Part shown: positions 11,292-26,370 of the stretch, piece after piece
Numbering within the stretch: position 1 is the stretch's first letter
Layout: every line of letters begins with the position of its first letter
Position numbers and translations under genes: made by a program
Assembly: GCA_951406725.2 (NCBI GenBank)
Contig: OX597815.1
Coordinates: 134,974,001 to 135,038,000, forward strand
Direction: 5' to 3'
Origin: Octopus vulgaris
Taxonomy: Eukaryota
Length of the DNA: 64,000 nucleotides
Notes under the pieces: model-generated
The model's input: only the letters and a program-made list of their open reading frames with translations
What the model was told of the DNA's origin: nothing
Databases searched by the model: none

Positions 11292-13881
11292 TTTTCATCT
11301 TTGTCTCACACTCACCGGTTTCTTTACATTTCACTTTTCTTCGCCTTTTCTCATCTCGTTTCTCCTACTACTTCCTGTCTATGTAAACATGCTTATGTTA
11401 TCTTGTATTTCCCATTAGTTGTAGCCAGTCACTCAAAAATAGAGATGGAAAACTTCACTGTCTTTTCTGTTTTTTTCTACCTGTCATCTTGACTTTGAAG
11501 GATGTCTCAAATATTGGATACTCCACTCCCCATGGCAATTTTCCTATACTTTTTCTATTACTTTTTCCAAATAATAAGTTTTGCTGATGTAGACCACTAC
11601 CAGTCTCCTTGAATTCTGTTTTATCTTTATATGTATGTATATGTAAAGTGGTATAGTTTATATTATATGAAACATAAACTAGAATCAAAAGTGTTTGAAA
11701 AAGCTATTACAATGCAAGTTGGCAATAAAAGTATGAAATGAAAAGCAAAGCAATGACAAAGGGTTTACACTTCCCCCATAATATTTTGGCTTAAAAATCT
11801 CTTATCAAGAGAAAATGGAAACTGAGGTTACCTGTGCAACTAAGTTGCAAAATGCGTAGATTAGTAGTGGTATGTATGTATATATGTATGTATGTATGTT
11901 ATAGACAAGAGCCCTGTGGGTAAGGGTAGGTGATATCTCATCAAAAATATGACATTTAAGTTCACAAGAATCATAAACACATAATATATCATTACAATTT
12001 CCCACATGAAATAAAACATGAGTTCCTGTGAGATAGGAGTAGGTAATCATTATGGAAAGAAATAAAAATTAGAAAACAGTAATATGCTGGGTTAGAGCTA
12101 TTTACAACTTCTACACTAAGAGATTTCTTTTATAATAACTTCAGACTTGGAATCACAAGCATGAAATCAAATATTGTATGTAACGCATTTAATTCAACGT
12201 TCTTCTGTTGGACATTGTCATATAATTACAAGATATGAATGGTAATCAACCCTAGCAGCATTTGAAATTTAAATGTAATTGTTCAAAGCCTAAATACAAC
12301 AACACATTTGCCCTAACACTTCATCATTTATTTTACTCTCTTCTCGGATAATCTGTCTCTATATTAAAATTTCTTTGTGCATGTTTTGCAAAGAAAGCAA
12401 CACCGATTACCAATCACATCACAATAGGAGCCAATACCATTTTCATACCACGCAAGATTGTATTTTTATATATTTCTATATGTATCAATACTTTTGACCT
12501 TCATGTGTTTGGTGTGTATGTTTGGATACCCACTGCCATGCACATGTTTAAAGAGATGCATGTCTGACATGTACATTACCTGCTTTATGCTGCAGTACAT
12601 GTTGTAGTCGGATGTATTCATATATAAACAAAGATGAATACATATAATTACATTCTTTCTTTCTCTCTCTTTCTCACACTTATACAGTTACATCATCATC
12701 TCACATACTCAAAACAGTTTGCCTTCTCCTTTCTTTCATTCACATTCTTTTATTCTGCTTTTACAGGTTTCAGTCATTAGACTGTGGTCATAGTGGAACA
12801 CCACTAGCAAGGTTTCTGTCTAATACTTATATTTGTGTCTATTTATCAAACAGTTAAGTTATATAACGAAAAAAAATACAACAAACAACATTGCTTTTGT
12901 TCTTTTGATTGAAATTACAGCTTGCTGTCTAGAAACAGACACATTAGATGAGCTAGTTCTTGGTGTCTAGGAAATAGTCATAGAAGGAATGTCTTTCATT
13001 ATATGTAAGTTCAATTGAAAATGATTTGAGGCTAAATAACTAAAATAGCTACAAACCAGTAACAGGCCTCCTCCTGCACAGTAACCAAATCTTATGCTAG
13101 AAACAGTAACCAAATCATCATTAAACTACACTTTATAGCATGTTGTAAAAACGGAAGGACACTCTGAACAATGTAGTCTATGAGTAAGATAGAGAAGGTA
13201 ATCCCTGATATATAACAAACAGAAAAAGAAATTCAAAAAAAAGATGGTCACAGCTGCAAGGCTTTCATCATAGGCCCTTGGTCTATCAAATCAGGCCAGC
13301 CTGGACCTAAACAATAACAAACATAAATGTTTCTACCCAATAAGGAATAAATGTATTTTACATCAGTAATTCTCAATCCTTATCCTCTTACAAAGCTATA
13401 TACACTAAATAATTTCAATATGTAAAAGCCCAGTCATGCCAAAATGTTTAACATGTTAATACTAGTAATAATAACAATAATTATTTTGAAACTTGATTGT
13501 GAGGTGGAAAATAACAATTTGTGGTTCAAATCTTTTTCTTTTTTTTTCTTAAAATATGAATGAACCAAAGTCTAATTTCAGAAAGAAATTCAACAGCCCA
13601 CCACCAGTCTATGCCATAAATATTGATGTGATTGTTGTTAAAATTATGGTTTTAAGATTCCTTAAGTTACAGTGGGAGCAGTTGATAGAATTTATGCAGT
13701 GAAAGGCTTGATTCGTTATTTTCAAACACTATAGCCATTTATATCCTACACCACCAATGTTTGATATCATATAAAACAAGCACATACAAAACAACAACAA
13801 CAATAAAAAATAAACATCATAAATTTATCTTAGAGCATTTGAGAAAGACACTTGAGAATCAATCTTTTTGTTGGCAAACAT

Positions 13882-14100
13882 TTAACCATTTACCATTTAA
13901 ACCAGTCTAAATATTCTACCTGTTTTATGGTCAAACTGGTTAGATCTAGCCTCTCGCACATACCTTAAAATGTCATTCTAAAAATATACAATCACATCAT
14001 TGAAATCTCAAAGCCAAGAGATAATGCAGGATTAATTCCAGTGTGAATAAATAAGCATTACAGAGTAATGCTTATTTATTGACAAATGTTAAAGGGTTAA
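13882..14100 (-). mobile_element. piggyBac-type MITE (inverted copy)
   Basis: ttaaccattta...taaagggttaa ends; reverse complement aligns to the 11042 copy. Confidence 0.7.
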
Positions 14101-14376
14101 ACAAGGATGAAACAAAAATATGTACTTTTCAAAGTTACATGAAAACAAGACAGTTTAAAACATTCTAGAGATTTGAGGGCTTAAGAGATGTGGGGATTGA
14201 GTAAGCAGGCTTAAAATTTATAAAAATAGATGAGAATGTTTTTGTAGGCATTTTTAACATCATTGCTACATTGATACCCATGATAGACAAAAAAATTATT
14301 AAAGCTGAAGCAAGAGTAGAAATCTTCATGAAAATAATTATATATATATATATACATATATATATATTTATTGATT

Positions 14377-14415
<39 letters not shown>

Positions 14416-17179
14416 AAAGCTATAGGGGGTTTATTACAAAAGTTAGGGACACAAACAATTGCACTTTCATTACTACAATTTACAGTAAAAGATAGGACTG
14501 AATGATATTGTGAAATATGAGGTCAATTTCAGTAAATATTTAAGAGATCTTTTTTTCTATTTTTATGCTTAAAAATTAATTGTTTATAGTCAGATGTGAT
14601 TGTTTTCCAGCAATATATAATCAGACAAAATTTTAACCTAATATAGCCAATACTTTCTGCAATGGAATTTTTTGCTCCTCCTTCATTTTTTAAAAACCAT
14701 TTCAAGTGTAATTTTAAAAGATTAGTGTAATAGTCATTGAGTGAACTCTCACAAATTCACATATTAATACAATAATCTACAGCACTATAGATAAAGTTAT
14801 AAACTGAACAGAATGTTTTCAAGATAACTAAAACAATTTCTAACAAGCTTCTAACAAAAAGATAGGTTACTGAAGAAGAATAACTACAAAAGCAAAATAA
14901 ATCATTGATACCAGGTGACAGAAAGAAAGGAATATATCAAAGAGAAATTGATTAGCTGACATCTGTTTAAAAGAAGGGAGTATAGGCATGGAAAAAAATG
15001 TCCACTGAAGCTAGTGAAGATAGAATGCTAGGAATAAGCAAAGGTTACTTTAATAGGAGCAAGAAAAAGACAAGAAAAGCAAGATGCAAGCAATATGAAC
15101 AGGGGAATAATAGGTTGAAAGAGGGCTGAAAAGGAGGTATGAAATGTCTTGTCAGCTATTCATGAGTCAGATCAAGAAATTTATATGTTTATGGCTTAAT
15201 CAGAGGAGGAGACAGGCAAGAAAATGGCAGGAGATATTTTTGAAGAATAGATATGATAAAATACCAACAGAATTCCTGCTGACAGAACAATCGTTATGAG
15301 GTCAGTCCTTGTTATTATTTTTTTAAACTTTGTAGAGCACTAGGGATAGAATAAAAGGTTGAGGAGTATACTGGAGACCCCAAAATTAGTGGCATACTTC
15401 ACATGGAAAAACAGTTTTTAGAAGTTAAACATTTAGATGAAAATATAAAAACTATTACTTACCTTCTTTTATTATATTTGTATATAATAAAATTATGAAT
15501 TACATGTTTATCAGGATACTCAGGCTTTAGAATGGATTTTCTAAAGCTTTAGGTTATATTTAAAAAATGTCAGTTTACCTAGATAATCCTTGAAGTGCAC
15601 CTATATTGTGTGCTGTGGCACACTGGTTAAGAAGTAGCAAGTTAGGTGCATGATGACAAGAGATGAATACCTCAAGCATTAGAATAGAAGGATGAACTAA
15701 AATGACAGGAGATCCATAAATTAACGGACTCCATAGATAACATAGAGAAATGTATTGAGAATGGTTTAACATAAAATTATAAATAAAAATATTATTAATG
15801 TAGCACCAATGGCATTACATTGTAACTTTATAATGCCAAGGTACACATGTAACTATCCAACTGAATCTCCACTCTTTTATATTATATATATATAAACATA
15901 CACACACACAGACATATACATGCATATGTAAATATGTATGGATACATACATAAAGACATAGATACAAACTCACATATGTGTGTGTTACTGTCTCCTTGCC
16001 TTGACATTGTGTGATACTTGTAAATGAGTGTTAGAAGCAATGTCATTCATTTCCAATCTTGTGAAAATATGTCTGGTGATATGGAAATATAAACTTACTT
16101 GGAAACAGGTGAGGGTTAACAACAAAGGTGGCATCTGACCATAGAGACTCTACCTCAGTAAATATTGTTTAACTCATGGGGTCATGGAAAAGTGATTGTT
16201 AAAATGATGATATGTATGGTACCTTATATAGAAGACAATATATTAACATTTCATATTTGAAAGCCTAACAAACTTGTGTGTAGATATATATTCCTAAATG
16301 ACGAAAGCTTCACAAATAACAATGCATTTATATCATTAAGCACATAATAGATAAATTTTCCCTTTGGCATTTGAAATTAAGTGTCCTAACTAGATACACA
16401 AAATATCAGCAGCAGATTTGAATTTACCATCTAATAACGTGAGTGTAATACTAAATATCATAACCATGTAAACACCAACTTCTTATTGTCAGAACCTGAT
16501 CCATAAATGTATGTTGTTTGTTGGGGATTCTACGATCAGTTACAAAAAGCTAACTTTGAGTTTTTCTTTTCAAGTTAGATAGATCTACTAGGCTTAACTC
16601 ATCTTTTAACCTGCTCCCCAGGTTAATTTGCAAGCAACTCTATGCATGGTTTTGTGTGTGTGTATATCTGTATGCATGCATTTGTGCATATATCGATTCA
16701 TATTAGCTGTTTATGTCTTTAATTATTTAGGGGACACAGATACTGACATAATGTCAGAATAACTCTTTTTTGAATTTCATGAATTCATTATCATCATTTT
16801 AATGTACACTTTTTCTATGCTTGGTTGATCCAAACAAAATCCACTGACGCAGATTTTCTACAGCTGGATGAGTTTCCTATCACAAATAAAGACCTAAATT
16901 TGATAAAATGTTTTAGTCTTCTTATATGTTCCAGGGACACCAGAAATATTATAGTGTAAGAAACTAGTAAAACACTAAAAGTGAGATAGTGTAGAAGTCC
17001 TATAAACCATTGAATCAATTACTTGATTACTTTATTATAGATAGAGCTAGTCATCTGATAGAGCTTATCCTTCTTAAATCACTTTTCATGAGAGGCACAT
17101 TCAGTACTACAGAATAAACAAACAGCACAATTGTCTCAATCTTTCCCTTAAAATTTTAATGTCTGTTTTCATATATTAG

Positions 17180-17420
17180 TGTGGGTTGAATGAATTTTGC
17201 AGTAGAGTATGTCCTCGCTTATCATGTTCCTCTTTTACTTTTGCCTATGAGTCCCAGTATTTTGAGACCCAAGTTCAGTTTTTCTTTTCTTTTCTTGTGC
17301 TATAAGTAACTTTCCCTCAGAGAACACATCACTTATCGGACATTTACACCACATGTTCATATCAATGCAGTTGTTTCTCCTGCATGTGTTGTATAATACC
17401 TTTTAATGTTCAGCTTCAGC
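17180..17420 (-). mobile_element. Highly decayed RTE LINE C-terminal remnant
   Basis: Minus strand reads GIIQHMQEKQLH*YEHVV, similar to the RLxWxGHV region seen at 60.9 kb. Confidence 0.4.
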
Positions 17421-18810
17421 TACTCTCACAGCTCATCTGTGTTCCATGAAATGCCTTTTGAAGAGTTCAATCTGTTTCTTTGCAACCATTGCTCACAAGT
17501 GGGTATAAATGAAAGTGGTTTTCAAGCAGAGACATGTCAACAAATACAAGTACTAATACCTACAGATGTCTTCCTTTTTATTGGCTATTCATCATGCAAG
17601 TATAAGCTAAGCTTCTTAGAGGAGCAAAGAAGTGGTCAGCAACAATCTTCATCCCTTTCTCCCACCAGTCCCAGAGGTCCTACAAAAATCATGGCACTGA
17701 CCTGCTCCTTTAACCAAGACACAAAAAAAGTCTTTGTCCTCTTTCTGTCTAGACTCTCAACATTTATTTTTCATGTTTCATTATTATAAAGTAACATCTT
17801 CATATGCTTGCTTCATAGAATCTGCTGTACCTTTATTAATTATATCGACAGCATTGTTTCAGCTGCTTAAAATGGCAGGCTGTACTTAGCTAATAGCAAA
17901 GATGTTCAGATAGATGTACTGAGATGTTTGAATGTTGTGTGTTTGGACATACACATAGGCTACAAAATAGAATGTGTAGACCCTTTGGCTGATATTTAGA
18001 CACATTATTAACTTGACTAAATGTGGCTGATAATAATTTTCTGAATAAAGGATTCATAGGGATATTACTTGTTTTTGGTCTGTTTTCAGCTGTGTAACAC
18101 AGATAAAATAATTCTCATTTCAGATACAAAGCAGGTAGCTTTATCTATAGAATGAACTGAATTTAGTACTGCTAATGCAAATTAATAATTCATTAGTTAC
18201 ACAAAAAGCTACTACTTATAGTGGTGAACTATAGCAGCTACAGTATATATTTATAGACAGAGACTTAACTTAAGACAGCTAAATATCTTGATAGTGGTTC
18301 CAGTGGTATGCAGGTGATAGACAAAATTGACTTCTGTCCACACCAATTTGAACAACCGGGATGACTAAGTAGTATCAACTGTTAATGACCAGTTGCCTGG
18401 TGACTAGAGGAGAGAAATAATTCACTCACCATCATTAGCAGTGGAAGTGCTGTCAAGAATGTTTTGTGATTTTGAAGGGATGTTGATATAAAGATTTTTC
18501 ATGGATATTACTTTGAGAAGAATAGCTCTCTACCAAGATGACTTCATCTAGACACACTACTTATATAGTGTCATATATATAGACCTCTGTGTGTATGTAT
18601 ATAAAATTACTTTTTTCGATTGAAATGTCAAATACTAACAAGAAGCCATAAACTAATAAACTGAGTAGCGCGTTTGGAAGTTTATCATGTTAAGTGCGTT
18701 AATGATAAATCTCTCTCCTTCGTATGATGGCAGTGTAACACAGTTAATATTCCAAATAACTAAGTGAACTGAGATGTGTAAAATTAACAGTGTTTCTGTC
18801 TGTCTATCTG

Positions 18811-18842
<32 letters not shown>

Positions 18843-21800
18843 CATAAAGACAGAACAAAGGAAAAATCATTGAAAAAGGGTATGTGTCCATAATCCATAA
18901 GTTAGCCAAACATTTAACCTTAGATGAAAAAAGAAAAACAAGATCACAAAAATATAAAACAAAATATAAAAAAACCCCAGTATTTTATACATGCATGGAG
19001 CAAGGAGCTTCTTGTCAGTCAGGGTTTTATAGGATCAATGGAAGATATATGCATGAATAAATGTAATTCAAAATAAACAAGTTGTTGAACTTAATTTTCT
19101 CATAAATCTTTTCCATTCCTACATGGACAAGCTTTACAATTGAACTTAATTAGCTGAAAGTATTGATAGGTAGTATTAATTAGTACATTAAATTGCTCCA
19201 TGTACATGTAAAATATGACTTTCATATTTTGCTTTATATAATTTCTGTCATGGTATGAGTATTATTTAAGCAGAATGAAAAAACACAACCTCATTTTTGT
19301 TTGCTAACATATGCAACGCCCAAGCATGCATGGTAAGCAACATGAAATAAATATGTATGCATCTTGCATATGTGTTCCTGCATGTAAAAATACCCAATGT
19401 TTAAGAGCTGAAAGCACTTTATAGGTTTTATATCTGACTATATCTTACTATGTATCAGTGACCAAAGAGGACAAATGACTGCTCAAATCTATTTCTGGGA
19501 GGAGGGGTGGGTAAATAACAAGGAAAAGAATATAGATGGCCACAGAGTACAATAGACCTTCAGGTGAACACATAATGTGTATTTGTTAGGGATGTTAAAG
19601 ATTATTTGCTACATGAACATTAATGCTAGTGCAGTCATCTGAAACTATAATTTAAGATCTAGAGTTGTTCAAATGCCTGTTCTTGTTTGGTGATATATAG
19701 AAACAAAAAGTGAATAAATAAATACATAAATAAATAAATAAAATACTTCCCTAGTGGGAGCACAAATCATTCATCTTATCAATTAAGAAACATGATATTA
19801 GCATGTAATTCTCAAAAGAGATGAATATGTTGGCCCCAACTGAAATGAGAGAATCAACTCAAATGAAACTAAAATATTCCCAACTGATGTCTTAGAATTT
19901 GCTACACATGGCTCTAAGCATATTAAGGGTTCCCAAATAACTGGACTCTTTTCTTTACTAACTTTTCAAAGGTTTAAAAGTTAAACAAAAAAAAAGAAAA
20001 CAAAAAAAACTCAAAACAAATTAAAACCATTAATTTAATAAAAGAGGAACTTATCAAATCACAGAATGTTTATTAGTTCAGCAGACTTAAGTTTCTCTTT
20101 GTTTATATATACATACATACATAAATATATATATATATATAAATATATATATATATATGTATGTATATGTATGTGTGTTGTGTGTGTGTGTGTTTGTTTT
20201 AAGTGTGCTCTTTAGTGAGAGTGCTATTGACGTTGTTGTATAACCAATTGTTTGCTTATATATGTCAAAACAGTTCTGAGGAAGGGAAAAAAATATGTAT
20301 ATATAACAACAACAACAAAACAGAAAAAAAAAGCACTCGAAACATTATTCCTTTAAAAGAGTGCACAAGCACATCTCCTGTATTAACTGAAAATGCACTA
20401 AAAAGGTGCAAATTGTTCCATGTAATGCAATTTCTATTGATGATATTAGGAAGAACAAGAGGATACCAGAAGCTGGCAAGCAAGCAAGCTGGCATTTAAA
20501 GTCTCTGAATCGCTGATTAAAAAGGTAATCGATTTCATTTTAATGCATGTATGTGCATGTAGTGAGTGAGTTTGTGTGTGTGTATGTGTATATATATATA
20601 TATATAGACGCACACACACACATACATGCTCACACACATAGACACAGAAATATATTGTCCTTGTAAATTTATGACTCAGTCATGCCAGCACTAAGAGCAG
20701 CATAAAGATCTGGTGTGTTGTTCACTCCTTGGGCAATATTTACTGGGTTGGAAGGAGCCTATGAATGAAGACAACAAAATCTTATTTCCACACAGGAAGA
20801 AAGCACAAAAAATAAACAAAACAAAAAAAAACTCAACATAGTATCACCTCCACAAACACATATGAAATAAAAAAGTAAAAAAAAACAAGTTATTGGGGGA
20901 GGGTCTATGGCAGAATTTGGTATAACACATTCAAACAAATATGGACAAGACGAGAGCGGTAGTGGTGAAGGGAATTGTGATATGCTCACTTAATGGTAGA
21001 GTTGTTATTTTTATAACTATTATTAAATAAATTTTGATTTGAGGTTCATATTTATAAGAAGAAAAATAGTTTAATTACCCACTCTAGATTTGTTTTGTTT
21101 GTGAATCAAAAGCCCTATCAATGAAACCTAAACAGGAGTGCAAAAACACACAACCACTGCCACTATCATCTTCACTGTTGTTATTGCATCAACACTGTCA
21201 TCATCTTGTCACAACAATCATTGCCATTGTCACCAAAACCATCATCATCACCATCATTGCTTTGTACCAGTTAATGCTTAACCTTGTTTTTAATTCTGTA
21301 AAACCAGAACTCTTGGTCAGACATATTTAATTCATTCATCACTTCTTTAACCACAATCTATGAAGTTCCATATAATATTGGTTGCTACCACTAATCACAT
21401 TATCCATTCCCATACCATTTTTTTTTTATTTGGTGCAAATGGATTCACTTAATTTCATCAGTTTGTTTCACATATTCAAACACTTACATAATCTCATTTA
21501 CTTCACATGATCAGTTTTCATAACAAATTTATATCTTGTACCACTTCCTTCAACAATTTTCCTTTAACTATCTGTATATGTGCACCAGTACTTCTCATAC
21601 TTAGATATGAGAAATACTGGTTTGAACATTATTACACAATGATTGAACATTATTACACAATACTTATTTGCTCAGTTGTCATCAAATAACTATCTCTATA
21701 TCTCCATATCTGACTTCAACTTTTCATTATTATGTCCTTATTTTGTTCTGCCAGTAATTCTAGAAACCAACGTGAATATTCTGTGTAAATCACCTGGTTA

Positions 21801-24736
21801 GTTCAATGTAGCATGTACAATACTCTCAATAAGTATTTGGATTATATGCTTTACAAGATAGTAGGGCCTTAAGCCTCTACTGAATGCTTTGTTCAATTAC
21901 CCAAGTAAGACCACAGATTTGATCAAGCAGACCTCAAGTGAGATTGAACAACAACAGCAGCATCATACAATTCTAACATCAACTATCATATAACAAGCCT
22001 TACTAAATCCACATAATCCTAGTCCCACATTTCATTACAAACTTATAATACTTGATGGATTTCTAACACCAGAATAGTTATCAAAACAGTGGAGAACTTA
22101 ATAAACTGTCATTTGATCTGTTCAATTTAGTAACCAAGTTTCTTCTCACAAACTCTAGATTTTAAGGATATTACAGCATATAATTTAAAAAGTTGGAGCT
22201 AGTATAGTGATGAGATACTGAAATTTGCCTCTGTTAATATGTTGATCTTACATCAATATAATAAAGATGTTTGACTTATGAGAGAGTTACTCCTACAGAA
22301 ATGTTTTTGGTTAACTATTTTTGAAATATGTGGTAGTTTAACTTTGGTAGGGCTGATATCGACTGTAAAACAACAAGAAAAAAACTAGTACCTAATATCC
22401 TACTTATATTTTTCTCTTTTAACAAAAGAACAACTCACTGTTTTGGAACTGAATGGAAAAATAAAAAAAAGACCTATCAAAAACAAAGAAAGAAATAAAG
22501 AAAAAAGAAACAATAAAAATTGTAAGTTGAGAAAATAAGTATTGTTCAGAAAAATCAACCGTATCTTTTTTCATTTTCATCCACACTTTATTGATTAGTA
22601 TGGTCTTTGATCATCTTAATGCACAATATTTGCTTTAGATTCTTTTCTGTTTTTTTATATTTAAATTATTTATGTTGAGTTTAGAACTAATGAATAAATC
22701 TTTATCGCATTTATCAGATTTGTGCTTGTCTTAGAAACAGAAAAGTAGGTGAAAATTTTCTTGTTTTAATTGTAGTCAAAACTAATGCATTGTAGAGACA
22801 CAAACATTAAGGTTTATAGTAGAAGAAAGAAGAGATAAATTAGTTTAATCTTATGAGGTTAATGCCCTCCTTGAGATCAATAGCAAAATAAGTGAAATGA
22901 AACAATACTGGGATTGAAAACCAGATGACAGGTTCAGCTCAAGAGGAGATTACCCTCTAGTCTATTGAGTTAGATTAATCAATTGCTTTGCTTCTTGCTA
23001 TATAATATATGTGTGTGGATAAAGAAAAATATAGATGGATCTCTGTTGATTTGGTGATGAATATTCCAGTTATTGAATCAAGAAAACTGCTTACTGATTA
23101 TATTATCATTTTATGGCTGAGTATTAATTCACCTTGATGTAATTCTCAGGCAGAATCTGTATGATAAATGTGCAGGACATGACAGGCCCTTTGAATTATA
23201 GATACAGTTCCTCTGACATGCTTCAACCATTTCCAAGCTCTCAATTTCAATAACAAGACTTGGGCCAACATGAAGCTATCGTAAAAGATACTTGTATATA
23301 ATGCAATCAGGGATGACATAATTGTGAAGAAAACTTCTAAATCACTTGCCCATAACCCTGTGTGTGTATGTATATATATATACATATATATATAACCAAG
23401 CACATCTAGGTTTACAAAGTAGAGAAAAAGACAATATGTATATTTTATTTTTGACACTGAAAACACTGCAGAAGTTAATCAGGAAATTTGAGGTTTGTGC
23501 ATAACAACTGTTAAACAAAAAGCTTAACAAGTGTTTTACATGAAACTCAAGGCTTCTGAGTAACTCGGACAACTTCTGAAGTATTTTCAGCTTTAGAAGT
23601 CATATGTATACATAACTTAACCATCCAATCGACTTCAAATTCTCATGGTGAAATATATTTATTTGCTAAAGTTTCTTTTTACGACTAGTACCATGTATGT
23701 GATTTTTTTTTCTCTGGTAAGTAGTTTAAAGAAATTCCAAGCAAAGTGAAGTACCAATGCAGTTTCAGTCTCCAGCTGGAATGATTTCACTTCACATACA
23801 TTGCTAATCCCTTGGGAAAAGTATGAACATCACAATAGTTCATTTTCTTTTCTATAAACAATAAAGTTTTGTGTCTAGTCAACAAATACCATTATAATTC
23901 TTCCACAAACGGTGCTTTTTCCTTTCTAAGCTATACTAGCAAAATGTGAGTTAGTGGGTTTCGTAATACTATGATTTTCATTACTCTCATACATTTTATA
24001 GTAAGCCTTGTTGAGCTATCAAAATCTTTAGTGTTGAACAAAATGCTTAGTGACATTTTTTCTGGCTCTTTATGTTCTAAGTTCAAATCCTACCAAAGAT
24101 CTGCCTTTTATCCCTTAGGGGTTGGTAAACTAAAGTACTAGTCAATTAACCAATTCTCCTCAAAAAAACTGATGGTCTTGTGGCTAAATTAAAAACAATT
24201 ATTATTTTTTATGATGATGTATTAACTTCAAAATGCAACCATTTTACTATGAAGAGAAACATGAGATTCAGAGTTGGTTGAGTTCTGAGCCAGATTCACC
24301 AGCAGTGCAATGTGCAATGCTAGTGAACAAGTCACTCAACTCTTCTAGAAATGGATTAGAGCACTAAAATTTAAAGAGGTGCTATGAGGAAGTACAGCTC
24401 ACAGTAGCAAATTATGTAAATGTCTGTTGATTTTGTTAACTAGCAGAGCTGAGTTCAAATCCTTCCAGAGGTTTAACTTCTGGATAGATTTATTCTGCTA
24501 GGCTGACTTACTTTAGATGCACTCTGTGCATGAAGATGAATATGAAGTTAAGATAGTAGTCCTTAAATGAGATATCAATACTCCAACCTCCCAAACATCT
24601 AGTTTACTCTATGGCTTACTCACAATAACAATGAAAATAATTTTCCATGCTAGCATGGACTGGACGGGTTTTGTTATACATCATTAATTTAATGTGACTC
24701 AGCTTTGTATAATATCTCTGATAATAATAATAATAG

Positions 24737-24925
24737 TTTCAAACATAAGCATGAAGCTTGAGATTTGTCGGAAGGTGAACAGTTACTAATATTGATCTCG
24801 GTTCTTGACGGGTACTTTATTATACTGACCCCTAAAAAAGATGAAAGGCAAAGTTGATCTGGGTGGGATTTCAACTCGGAATGTAAAGAGCTGGAGCAAT
24901 TACAGTGAGATGTATTTTCCAATGA
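24737..24925 (-). mobile_element. Decayed Nin/Deu-like SINE
   Basis: ggtactttatt..gacccc..gatgaaaggcaaagttgatct..ggatttcaactcggaa, preceded by (AAT)n. Confidence 0.6.
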
Positions 24926-26156
24926 TTTTCTTATTAATCATTTATAACTCTGAAGACAGTTTGCAATCTAGCAACCAAAGTAACAATGCTTCTATATTCC
25001 CAATTAGAAGATTTAAGTGTCACAAAATGTTAGATTCTTTTACTCCTAGATAAAGTACAAGATTTACTGGCATATCAAGAATGCCCTGTCTGTCATTAAT
25101 GACTGGACTGTGAAGCAGTAAATAGTTTCTTATTAGCCAATTAAATTGAACCATGGAAAGTAATTTGGTCCTTGCCTTAGCATCAAAACATAATAGACAA
25201 TAGGTGTGTGTGTGTATAATCAAGATTTCAACATGTAACTTGGCAGACAAGGCATATAGTTAGATGTAAATGTCTTAACTTGTTAAAGTATATATTTAAT
25301 AAACTTTGGCAAGATTGTAGAGGACTAGTTCTTAATTTTATAGAGTAAAGTTGGTGAGAAATAAATCTCTTTTACTAGATAGATGGCCACCCTAATTTCT
25401 GACAGTTAGATGAACTAATGGATGTATAATAAAATCTTCAGCCCTAGAAACACAACAAAATGCCTTCAGTAGATTTGAATTCACAAATGGATAGTCCTAT
25501 ACACCGTCTACCTTTACATCTCTTATTTTATTGTTTAGTATTCACCATGGTTAAATATTTTAAAATAACCTTCCTAAAAGAAAGAGAATATGCCTCAATA
25601 AATGAATCAGCACACACTCAGAAGTAATATTTAGTAACCGACCAATTATTTCATAAGGATACTCCACAGGACAGCTACCAATTCAAGTTAAGATATAAAA
25701 CACACTAACTAAAAATCAAAAGCAAAACTGTCCTAAAAAATTATAACTTAACCCCATACACCCTCTAATATGTAAAAGAGGACATACAAACAACACAACA
25801 ATAGATATTCCTAAACTAACCACACCTCCCAACTTATATTAGGAATTGAACTTAAAATAACATAAGCAAGCAAAAAATATCACTCAGGCTTAATATGAAT
25901 AGGAGTAACTAAGGGATTTGCAGGAATTAAATTGGTGAGAAATCTCTTTTACTAGATAGAAGACCACCCTAATTTCTGACAGATAGATGAACTAATAGAT
26001 GTATAATGTGAGTTCAAAGCCTATAAAGTCTTAACTGTATCATTATAATGTGGGGTTTGATAAAATAGGCATCAAGTACTGGTGTTAATTTTGGTCAACT
26101 TTGTTGTATTGAACATTCTGTAGTTCCAGGATAACAAATCAATATATTAGGAGTCT

Positions 26157-26370
26157 AAGGTGGTGAGCTGGCAGAATTCTAAGCATGCTGAGCAAAATGC
26201 TTAGTGGTATTTCATCCATCCTTACATTTTGAGTTCAAATTCCACCACAGTCAACTTTGCTGTTCATCCTTTCGGGGTAAATAAAATGAGTACCAGTTGA
26301 GGACTGGGGTCGATGTAATCAACTTTCTCCCTTGCCTGAACTTGCTGGCCTTGTGCCAAAATTTGAAACC
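26157..26370 (+). mobile_element. Nin/Deu-like tRNA SINE
   Basis: Family match; degenerate TSD aatatattaggagtct (26141-26156) / aatatactagaagtct (26371-26386). Confidence 0.8.

Noticed and set aside
14860-15780. Purine-rich tract, possibly an ancient LINE
   Set aside because: No diagnostic EN/RT motif recoverable.
21621-21661. Small tandem duplications (21 bp here; also 35172-35211, 40761-40790)
   Set aside because: Ordinary slippage duplications with no further structure.
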